A DNA stretch of 63,644 bases, counting the filler, from Reticulomyxa filosa (taxonomy: Eukaryota; Protista; Foraminifera), in assembly GCA_000512085.1 (NCBI GenBank). It is 19 parts of 19 records of this genome, joined end to end, with 100 filler letters (N's around TTAATTAATTAA, not from the genome) between each part and the next. Parts side by side here need not be neighbours in the genome. Positions count along the whole stretch, not along the records: positions 38,187 to 40,098 come from ASPP01022374.1; positions 40,199 to 49,317 come from ASPP01013495.1; positions 49,418 to 50,545 come from ASPP01025778.1; 16 more parts are not named here. One strand, given 5' to 3'. The notes beneath the pieces are model-generated. The model made no database searches and was not told where the DNA came from. It saw only the letters and a program-made list of their open reading frames with translations. The translations under genes and the position numbers were made by a program. Positions 39,201-50,645 of the stretch are shown in pieces (the stretch's first letter is position 1; every line of letters begins with the position of its first letter).

Positions 39201-40792
39201 AAAGACAAGTGATGAAAATTGTATGATCATACATATTCCATTATATGTTGCGCGTATCATTGTGGTAGTTGTATTCCTACGTACTATGACAATTTGGCTA
39301 TAATTTACTAATAAAAGAGGATGCGATTGTGAGTAAAGGTCTCAGCGATGGCGCATGCAATTGAGACTTCCATTATAAACTACTTGAAGACTAAATAAAG
39401 ATTAATTTCTGTGCACTACAATACAATTCCATAATATGTCATCTTTTTGCAAAGAGATCAAACTGATCGTCCATAATCCGTCAATGTATCTCATTGGCAT
39501 TTGGGCAATGTCAACGCACAATATCACTCGTGTGCGTGACAAACGATTTCGGCACTCCTTCCTCACGTGAGACCTTTTTTACAGCTTAACAAGTGCGCAC
39601 TTTGCATCATGACAATATTAGTGAGTATCTGCATTCAAAATGATTCTTCGATTAAGTGGTTGTCTTCTTTGCACCTGGTGTCGATTTTCATAATATCGAG
39701 ACTCCACTGTATTGTACGACAGATCACTCGTGTTATTTCCTCAATGGAGACACAAAGTTTCTTCCGGATATGCATCGACTGGACAATACACTAAACACAC
39801 TTACTTTGGCTCCAATTATGTATCTCAAACAAATTTATTTTGATAACGACCTTTTGTTTTGTTTTATTTTTTTAAGTTTCTTTGAATTAAAATGAAATGT
39901 AAAGCCATGTAATCAATACTTGTTGCTCGGGGACAGCTATAATATTTACTCCACAAATACCCATTGACGACAATCTTTTCTTGTACTGCATCGATCTTCT
40001 TCTTTTTATTTTTTCAGATGCACGACCACGTACTTTCATTTTTCATTGCCACCTATAATTAAAAAAACAACTCATTTTAGTGTTGCAAAAAAAAAAAANN
40101 NNNNNNNNNNNNNNNNNNNNNNNNNNNNNNNNNNNNNNNNNNTTAATTAATTAANNNNNNNNNNNNNNNNNNNNNNNNNNNNNNNNNNNNNNNNNNNNAA
40201 TGTGATCTTGGTGTTTTCATTTTTGTTTTTTTTTCCAACCACTTCATTCTCCTTTGCTCGGCAATTGTCCTCTTCTCGGAAATTGCTGGTAGAGGGAAAA
40301 AATAGAAGAGGGTCAGACAAGACACCAGTTTTTTCTGTTATAAATTTTCGATGGTTTCAACCACAATTTAAAAAATAATCCTTTTTAAAGAATTGCTGCT
40401 TTTCACCAGAGAAAACTCATAGCCAAAAAATAATGTTTGATAATTCTTTTTCACAAAATAAAAAATTAAAGAGGAGAGTTAGTAATATTGTGAACAGAAA
40501 ATATTCAATAAAGTTCACACAGAGAAAACTAATAAGATATTTCTTTGCAATCAATGTAGAAATGCGATCCAAAATCAAGAACAAGAATAATGGAGAAAAA
40601 TGCTCCAAGCAATGAAGGAGATGAAGACGAAAATTTCAAAAAAGTTGTTCATAATAGAAATACAATTATAAATATTCAGGATTTTTTGATTGCTTTTTTA
40701 CACGCACGAAAATGCCTTTAGCTCAAGAACAATTCAATACAACTTTATAATGAGAATACAATGGATTTTTTCCATAAACAAATAGCCTGTCT

Positions 40793-43700
40793 TTAATTGG
40801 AAACTGCATTGAAGCGCTTTTTTTCTTGTTTTATTATTATCTACCCATAAGCATCTTCATCACTACTTACTTCAACTGCTTTTAGGATGGATACTTTTGA
40901 GCCAAAATTTATTAATGGGAATTGAAATCTTTGTCTTCTTTCTTCGAAAGTGGAGCCAAGATCACGAATTTTCTCCTCCATTTTTGCTCGAAATTCAGTA
41001 TCCTGTAAAAAGTAGCACATGCTAGTGAGGTGATACACATACTTTTTCTTTTTTTTTTTTTTTAAAGACAAAACAAAACTGTCATGCGGCCGTCATCCGG
41101 AAACTTTTCCTCTGGCTCGTCATTGCTTAGCCTATCAATATCGGAGTCACTCCAAACAAGAGGTCCTTGAGGAGGGTCATCTTCAGGTAGTCCCATTGTA
41201 CCATAGGGTGCCTCATAGGTAATTCTACCAGAACTTCTGGATTGTGTTGTTTTGGTAGGAGTGAAGTTTCTACTACTACTACTACTACTACTTCTATTGA
41301 TACTTCTATTGATACTATTATTGATACTTCTATTGATACTGCTATTGATACTGCTGCTTTTATTGATAGTGCTACTGCTGCTTCTATTGATAGTACTACC
41401 ACTATTGATGGTGCTACTGATACTACTGGAATAACTCCTTCCGGTATCACCATGGTCTAAATAAGAGATGTTCGAATGTAATCGTGCCCGAGGACGCGGC
41501 TCGAATAGTCCGGGGAAATTAAGGTGGGAAGTGGAGTCACGACTGTAATCAGTTTGGTTGACGTTAAGATTTTGGTTGGCAAGAGGAGGATGAGAAGGGT
41601 GAGGAGAAGGAGCATCGGTAAGGCTGTATGCATCCCCATAGGAATAGGCGAAAGGAGATATACGTGAAGGATCATTTGCAAAAGAAGACGATGACACAAT
41701 CGGCATGGGATCTTCATAGCTCGAGCGCATGTGATTTCTTGGAAAGGCATTGGAAAAGGGGAGATACGTTGTATAGTCGATATTCGTAAAATGTTGCGTC
41801 GCTGGCGTTATGTGTGTCATTGCAGGTTTTGTGTCCACAACACGATGCACATCACGTTCCCCACCAGCCCAAGATATCTGTTTGCTGGTGGCAAAATTGA
41901 CTGTGTAAGGCATGTCATCATTTTCACGGCGCTTGAACGAATACTGTTCCTCTCCTCTCAAATACGCCGCTTCCATTCCACTGCTTATCAACTGGGAGTA
42001 ATCTTGCCATCCACTGTCTCCCTTGAACTGCCATTTATAATGTTTGTCGTCCATCTTTTCTTCATCCACGCCCTCGCCGTTCTTATTTATCCTGCTATTT
42101 TCATTGTCGTCATTCGCATTCTCGCCATTGCTCGCATTCGCACTATTTATATTGGCGTCGCTTGCATTTTGAGGCATTCCTTCGGATGACATTTCCACTA
42201 TCTCGCTAAGCGTTGTCGGTGTTGTGCTTGCTTTTTCAGTTGGTGCACTTTTTGATTGCACTTTTTTTATTTTTTATTTTGTTTTGTTTTGTTTTAAATT
42301 GCTCATTGCTGTTAACCTTTTTTTTTTTTTTTGAAGTTACTATTAACGTAGCGTTTCTTTGGAGCTTTTTTTTTTGGTCTTCTTTTCATTTGTGGAAAAA
42401 TCCTCGCCATAAGCCAAATCTTTTTTTGAAAGGATGTTCAATCGTGCTGGAGTGGATTTTTTCCTTTCGAGTATGATCTTGCTTGATTTGCCTTCTTTGT
42501 CTTCTTTATTCTCTGTACATTCTTTATCTTCTTTGCTTTCTTTACCTTCTTTACCTTCTTTGCTTTCCTTGACGGACTTACTGCTTGGCTTCTTTTTGAA
42601 TATTTTCTTTTTCTCACTTTCTTTTCTCTTTTTCTTTTTTTGTGTCGGTAATTCAATCTTTTTTTTTTTTTTTTTTTTTTGTCAGATGTGTACATCATGA
42701 GTTGGAAGGGTAAAAGGAAGAAGGGAAAAAAAAAAAAAAAAAAGAATAACGGGCTGTAAGGGGTTGTCCAAAGGTTCAGCCAAGTGACCATTTTGATGAT
42801 TATTTTTAACGTCAGTGCTGGCACTAACATTGATAGTGCCATTGTTGCTGACATTTGCGTTGATATTTGTGTCGACTTGGGTACCCTTGGCATTAGCATC
42901 AGCATTGACATTGGCATTGGCATTGGCATTGATATTGACATTGATATTAATGTCGGTGTTGGAACTCTCACTTTGATCATTACTTGGGCCCTTTTCTTTT
43001 TTTTTTTTTTTTTGAGGGTTTACGTACAAACTTTCAATTCTCTAAAAAAACTTGCACTCCAAATTTTGGGAGGAAAAAAAAAAAAAACAAGCCTTGAGCA
43101 AGAGCAAGCTGAGTCTGGGAAAAGATCATTGCAATGGTATCATGAACATTTTGAGTCAACAGAGCTTTGGTGGCTTCGCAGCGCCTTGCGAGTTCACTCC
43201 AGCTGGAGGTAGATTCTTGGACGTGTCCTGCGTAACATAGTCATATGCGATGCGTGCAGGATAGAAAAAAAAAAAGGTCTCCAAAGATTGTTTAGAGAAT
43301 TTGAACACACGAAATTTAAAACAAACAAACAAACAAATAAATAAATAAATAAACTTAAGACAATGTTGTCAATGAAAAGAACCAAGGGCCTGTGAGAGAT
43401 GGACGTGACGTGCTGCTGAATAGCTTGAAATGAAAAAGACAAATGATCATAACGACGACAGGGCCATGAAATGGCCACGACAGCACGCGAGCGTTGTTGG
43501 CGCTGAGAGATCCACGAGATCAAGTCAAAGGTCGCGAAGAGAATGCTGGCGACAGAGACGGGAGTGAACGACGACGACGACGAGAAAGGATCTTGCTGCT
43601 GTTTGGACAGCTCAAAGTGCACGTACACACATAACAGTTCCCACAGATAGTCATTGGAGAAAAAGGGAGAAAAAGAGGCAGTCGGTGTCGAGGAGAGTAG

Positions 43701-43908
43701 TGCTCGTTTCATTTCAAATGCTTGCCACGCTTTGAAAAACAATATCGCCGCTTGCACGTTGGCATTATGTTCGATTTCTTGTCGCAAATAATACGATCGA
43801 AGCAAAGTGAACGACCACGTCATATTGTCTACTAAAAATCGATGAGGCGATATCGTCGTCGTCGTCATCGTCGTTGTTGTTGTTGATGATTGTTGTTGTT
43901 GTTGTTGT

Positions 43909-43951
<43 letters not shown>

Positions 43952-44651
43952 TTGAAAAGAAAAAAACAGTGTCTCGTCTATGACAAGGTGTGACATCTTG
44001 GATATCCGAAATGGCACTGTCCAATTCCTCTGGGGACATACGATAGACATGAATCCCTGATTGCTTGTAGTGGAACAGACAATATTGTATCTTGTTGTAT
44101 GTGAATACCACTTCAATTGTAAACAACACATTAGGTTGTATTTGTACTTGCACTTTGTGTAATGGCACACTACTTTGTCGACATTCATTCAGACTCTGCT
44201 TTTCTTTATCTCTGTCTTTTTCTTTGTTATTCTTTTTCTTTTCTTTCTCTTTGCATTGCTCTTCAATCCATTTCTTGATTTGTCTTTGCTTCTCCATTAT
44301 CACTTCCAATTCCTCCGCTTTTATTCCGTTCCTTTTATGACGCAACCCGATTTCAAATAAAAATATCAACTCTCCTTCTACTCTTTGCTCCAACACTCGT
44401 TCGAATGATTGAATGTTGCCCCCCATCAACACTCCATACACGTGCTGGAATGCGCAACGCTGCTTCTTGCTTTCTTTCAACAATTCACTGATAAATTCAT
44501 TCGCCCACGTCCAATATTCCTTCTCGTCACTTTTGTGCAGTTCGTCCATCCTTGTCTTTATTTCCTCATCTATTACTTGTGATGACTCGTTTATTGTTGT
44601 CGTCACCACAGGGCTTATCAATCCTTTGTCGTCTTCTTTTTCGTGCGACAT
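40793..44651 (-). CDS. 2'-5'-oligoadenylate-synthetase-like nucleotidyltransferase, low-complexity linker, WWE domain
   Basis: NTase-like VLMGGN...VEGELIFLF...FTIEVVF. OAS1_C-like SFTLLRSYYLRQ, AILFFKAW, DYLWELLCVY, VAISW, RPLVL and, after intron 43228-43354, WSELARRCE. WWE KWQFKGDSGWQDYS...MEAAY...YTVNF...RDVHR. Intervening exons can be spliced in frame. Confidence 0.7.
41270..41430 (-). repeat. Low-complexity coding repeat (SINR/SSS)
   Basis: (TAC)n and 12-bp ATTGATACTNCT-like units on the plus strand. Confidence 0.8.
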
Positions 44652-45024
44652 TTGATCGCTAACCTTCGACACTTGAGTCTTTTATTGCCACTACTTAATT
44701 TTCTGCTTTATTTTTTTCTCCACTATTCCAGTTCACACGCAAATCCTTACTATATATTTTTCCAGCCACGAAAAAGAGAAATAGTTTTTTTATTTGTTTT
44801 TCCAAAAAAAACAAGACAAAAAACGACTTGCGTTCTAGTTTTGTGCATTCACAGTTTTAAAAGACCTTTGCACATGGAATATACTTTTTGTTACATAAAT
44901 CAAGTACACATTTGAGAAATCTTGTCACCTTACATGCAGAAAGATTGTAGCTTGTTACTGTCCAGTGTTTTTTCTTCACATATGCATACACCAGCTGGAT
45001 AGAACAGCATTAGCCTTTTTTTTA

Positions 45025-45230
45025 TAGCAAAATAAAAAAGAAAGTTACTCATAAAATGCAACTATTCTTTACAATTTTTTTTTAGATTAATTACTTTGTA
45101 TTATTTTTCTTGCTGAAATTTTGCATTTTTATTAAAATGTGAAAATAAATTTATTGTTTTGTGAAACAACTGATGTTGAAACTGTGATAAATAGCTGTAA
45201 TCGTCATAAAGTTGCAAAAAAATATATTGA
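45025..45230 (+). mobile_element. Degenerate left end of the Tc1-like element
   Basis: TA followed by TAGCAAAATAAAAAAGAAAGTTACTCATAAAATGC resembles the TIR at 19216. The downstream extent is uncertain. Confidence 0.5.
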
Positions 45231-45918
45231 AGTAATTAGTACATTCAAAAATAGTATTAAAAGAAATGCCCATAAAGATAACTCTAAGATTAAGTCCGTA
45301 TTGATGTTATCTGGGAAATGTTTTAGTGACGGAACTGATAATTTTAGTGTACTTTTAGTTTTTAATGCGACTTATGACTTTCTAAGTGTAATGTTTTTAA
45401 ATTGGTTTTTCTATACAGTTTATTGATCTTTGTTTGTTTCCACTAAAAAAACTCTGGTAAACCCGTAGTGCGTGGAAAACAGAAAAACAGTAAAATGACA
45501 TAATTATAACCTTTACATTGATTATTACAAAAATTATTGCTTTATTACAATCGACAACATTTCAAAATGAAACCAACTATGCGTCTCAAATCAGAACTTA
45601 TAAAAAATACAAGTGATTCCCCCCAAAAAACAGTAGCAGTGTTCAAAAAAAAGATGACCAAATGTTGTTCAGAGAGGAAATCAATCATTTCATAAATGGC
45701 GCAATAGGTTTTCTCATTCTTATAAAACAACTGACTTTTTACTTTGCACTTTGTGCTCAAAGTACGAAAACGGGACAAATGTTGAAATATCTGGCAAAAA
45801 AAGAGGTATGGGTTAAATTTTTTTGGCTGTTTTGTGTTAACAGTAGCAGAAGAAAAGGTGTTTTAGAAAAAACCTAGCTAAAATTAAAACTAGCTCTAGA
45901 AAAGTTCATTTACTTATA

Positions 45919-46836
45919 ATGGCAGGAGAAGAGATAGACTGGGATGCGTTGGTGGAATCTCAAAGCCGACTGAGATCAAGACGTGATGTGTTGATAAGTG
46001 ATGCATCAAGCCTTGACCCTCCTGTGGCTGCCAGCCCAAAGCCGGTGTCAACAGATGAAGTAAAGAAAGTAACACAAGAAGAAGAAGAAGAAGAAGAAGA
46101 GGTAAAGATAAAAGAAAAGAAAAGTAGTGGACGTCAAGTAATGTCATTAGAAGAATCATCAAATATATCATTAAAAGCATATGAATTAACAACATTAATA
46201 GAATCAAAACAAATAAATGAAGGAATAAGTGCATTATGTGTAACAATTCAAAAACAAAGTAATAAAATAAAAGTATTAATATATGTAGCAACAAAAGGAG
46301 ATAAAATATTAGTATTTGAACAAAGTGAATCAATACGTGGAAAAGGAGGAATAGAAATAAAATTAACAAAAAGTGAAGATTTTAAAAAAGCAAAAAAATT
46401 TAAACAAATGGTAATATGTAGTGATTTAAATTTATTAATAGCAATATTATCAGATGGACATTATATAGCATTACATAGTAAAGCATTAACAATAGCAGCA
46501 GAACATATATTACCAATAAAAACAAAAACAGCACAATATGTAATTACAGAATTTGAGAAACCAAATTATCGTTTTGGTATTTGTAGTAAAAGAAATATTT
46601 ATTTATTTGAATGGGATATAAATGATAAAAAATATAATTTAATACGTGATATTAATATTAATGAACCTTTTTATACAATAATATTTTTAAAAGAAAATTG
46701 GTTATGTTATTCTATAAAAAAAAGAGGTTATATTTTAAAAAATGTACAAACAAATGAAGAAAAGAATATAGCATTACCAATTGATGATAATGTATCACCA
46801 ATGATAACAAAAGTAAAATATCAAGATAATAATGAA

Positions 46837-46877
<41 letters not shown>

Positions 46878-47637
46878 TTTTGAAGGATATTTATTATTAC
46901 AAGCATCATCTAATATTAGTGTATTTGTAGATTTTCGTGGTAATCCTGCACCTCGAAGTCCTATTAGTTGGAGTGCTATGCCATTATTTATTGAAGAATG
47001 TGATACATATTTAGTTGGTTATTTAATTAATTCTACTATTGAAATTATGTCTTTAGTTGATCAAAAATTAGTTCAAACTCTTGCTATTAAAACTATACGT
47101 AAAAATACTTCTAAATTTATTTCTATGTCTATGTCTGTTTCTGTAAAATTACCACGTGGTATTAGTGTTGCTAATACTATTGAAAGTCAACAAAATCAAT
47201 CACAATCTTTAATACAAAATCAAAATTCTCAAAATCAAATTTTAAATTTAGATGAAAATATTGATAATTTAATTGCATTACGAGATACTCAATCTTTATT
47301 AGGTATGTTTCAAACACCATATCATGGAATTTTATTATTTTATGATGAAGCAGAAGTACAAGGATTAATGCCTACTCCTATAGAACGACAAATTACAGAA
47401 TGTATTGAATTTTTAAGAATTGAAAAAGGATTACAATTATTAATGAAAACAAATCCAAATATTGAAGAAAAACGTTTATTTCATTGTAAAGCTGGTTTTG
47501 CATTATTTTTTAATATGTATTTTAAGCAAGCAATGGAACATTTTTCAATTAGTGATATTGATCCAAGAGAAATTATTTATTTATATTCTGATATTAAACC
47601 AAATAAAATATCATATATTATTCAATATCAACAACAA

Positions 47638-47668
<31 letters not shown>

Positions 47669-49266
47669 CATTATTAGAAAATGTAAATCAAATTATTCAT
47701 TTTGTTCAAAAATGGAGAAGAAGACATCATCCAAGTACTGATAGAAGTCGTGGTTTTCATAATAATGAATTAGAAGCTACAGCACAATATTTAAGAGCAA
47801 TTCATTATTTAGGAGAATTTTTATGGAATCGTCGATTAAATTATCAACAACAACAACAACAACAACAACAATTAATAATAGATAATGAAATACGAATTAC
47901 AATAGATACAGCATTATTAAAAATATATTGTGAAACATATCGTCATGGATCAAAATTAAAACAAGTAACTCAAACTGAAGAACATTCATTAATTGAATCT
48001 TCTATGTTACAATCACCATTTCCTTTAGAACAATTATTAAATATATCACAACCTAATTATTGTATTTTAGAAGAATGTGAAAAAATGCTTTTACGAAATA
48101 ATTTATATTATGCTTTAGCATTATTATATTATAGTCGAAGTCAAGATAATCAAAATGATACTTTAGCTGCTTCTCATTTAAGAAGAGCATTAACTATATT
48201 ATTAGATTTAGGTACTGGAAAATGGACTGATTCTGCTAATCCTAATTTTAATGGAATTCCATTAGCTGTTTCTATATTACGACAAATGGAATCTTGTCCT
48301 GATTTATGGTCTTATGCACAACCTTTATTACTTCGTTCTCCATCTGAGGCTATTTCTATTTTTACAATGCCTTTAAGAAATAAACGTATTCCTGAAAGTG
48401 AAATTGTGGAATTTTTAAGAGATTTACAATCACAATTTGATCAATCATCATTATCATCATCATCATCACAAACAACAGAAACACAAACTACTCCAGCCTT
48501 AATGGTAAGACAAAAATCAAGAGCTAGAGCTGCACTCAGCTATGAAGATCAATCATTAACTACAACATTATTATCAAATCCTCAACTCCTTTTATTATGG
48601 GAACAAGTAACACGATTTGATTATGAACAAATCTATTTAGAACATATTGTAATGGGAGAACATATTACAGTTGGAAGTTATCATGATGATTTAGCTCTTA
48701 TTTATATGTCAAAAATTTATAAACTTATTCAAATTATTCAAATTAAAAATAATGATATATCAAATATTAATTCAAAACCAATTCAATTATTAAATGAAAT
48801 TCGTTCAAAATTATTATCATTACTTGATTGGAGTGAATGGTATGCAGCTGAAAAATTATTACAAAAAGCAAAACAATATAATTTAAATGAAGAAATGATG
48901 CAATTAAATAAAAAATTAGGAAGACATGATGAAGCATTAAGATTATTATTAATTGAAATGAAATGCTTTGATCGTGCTATAGAATATTGTTTATTGGCTT
49001 TACCACGATCCAAAGATAGAAGTGATAGATTTTTACAATTTATTCAAATCTTTTTACAACAATCTCCTTCATCTCTTCAACCTATTGTACAATTATTACA
49101 AAAATATCCTCATGATATTAATCCTACTCTACTTTTAAAAATACTTCCTTCTAATATACCTATTCATGTTTTTCAAAATTGGTTTAATTTAATTCTTCCT
49201 GCTAATATTCGTCGACAAAGACAAATACAAGCTCAAAAGCATTTTTTTCAAAACAAGCTTTTGCAA
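45919..49266 (+). CDS. VPS39: Vps39/Vam6/TGFBRAP1-family protein (CNH plus alpha-solenoid), 3'-partial
   Basis: CNH-like FVDFRGNP..RSPISWS..P; IDPREIIYLY, IDTALLKIY, ALALLYYS, YLEHIV...YHDDLALIY, KLGRHDEAL...AIEYC and LLKILP. CAA|GTTTAT donor before the contig end. Confidence 0.88.
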
Positions 49267-49905
49267 GTTTATATACATATATATGTATATATTGTATATA
49301 TGTATATATGTATATATNNNNNNNNNNNNNNNNNNNNNNNNNNNNNNNNNNNNNNNNNNNNTTAATTAATTAANNNNNNNNNNNNNNNNNNNNNNNNNNN
49401 NNNNNNNNNNNNNNNNNACTATTATTTTTTAACAAATTATTCATTTATTTATATAATCGTCAAAAAAAAAAAAAAAATTAGACAATATTCACATTTCACA
49501 AAGAAATCTTTATATTCCACACTTTATCTTATTCAATAATTCAACATTAACTTTGCACAGTTGAAAAAATTCTTCATCTTCTAACACGAACGAAAGAAAG
49601 AATAAAAATTTTTTTCATTTACAATATTTTCTCACAAAATGAAACAAAAGTCAGTCCAACAAGGAAAACTCTTCATAAACAATCAATGTTTGTTATCGTG
49701 ATGTAATTACATCTACACCTAATGTTCTAATTTTTTGTTTCAGTTTGAAAAACTGTAAACCATAATAATCATCAGATCACAAACATTGTAGATTTTTTTT
49801 GTGAACATTTTCAAAAGAGAGAAAAGGGCTAGTATTGTGGTTGAGAAAAAAACCCAAAAATAAACTCACTTTAGTCAGTTGTCAAGGAGTTGCTCATGTT
49901 TTTTT

Positions 49906-50187
49906 CTAAGGTTCGTCCAACACCATTGACACAATAAAATTTATCATATCATTGGACACTTGAATGCCCAAAGTCTTCATTTGTTCAAAGCACATCCAAT
50001 ACTTTAAAGAGTCAAGTTTCACCAGACCCCAACAATGGTCTTGAAAAAAAGGTTGCCATCCACACCACTGTTGACAACTCCTCGTCTGCCAATGCATAAT
50101 CGGATAATACATCCTCTCTTTTGTTGTCACAGCTACGACGTTCACAATCGAGTTCGGTGCTGAGTGCACGTTAGCTGTTGATCCCAC
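49906..50187 (-). pseudogene. Short coding remnant with one PPR-like motif
   Basis: FEQMKTLGIQVSNDMINFIVS resembles a PPR helix pair. The context is degenerate. Confidence 0.2.
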
Positions 50188-50645
50188 CGTTTCACATTTT
50201 CATGCAAAAAAATAATTATTCCATGTTTATCTGTCTATTTTTTATTTATTTTTTTTCATAAATAAAAAAACTTGTTAAAATCCTCGTCTTCATGCATGTC
50301 GATTGTAGATATACGTCGCTATTATGGTATTCTAAAATATGTGTATATGAATTAGTCCTTAATATAAAACAATTATAATGTATATAATCGTCAGAGAGTA
50401 AAATACTTCTTTTAATAAATCGAAAATATTTAAATCAAATACAGCAATGTTACTTTGTTGATATTTAATAAACAAATTATTGTTACTTCCATAAATTATT
50501 GCATGCACTCCTTCATAATTATTTTCATTATGCACAATATGAACTNNNNNNNNNNNNNNNNNNNNNNNNNNNNNNNNNNNNNNNNNNNNTTAATTAATTA
50601 ANNNNNNNNNNNNNNNNNNNNNNNNNNNNNNNNNNNNNNNNNNNN

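Noticed and set aside
38290-39900. Stop-codon reassignment suggested by in-frame stops
   Set aside because: Conserved genes (TatD, Vps39, actin, FYVE) read cleanly in the standard code and end in normal stops where complete. The interrupted regions also have frameshifts, consistent with decay.
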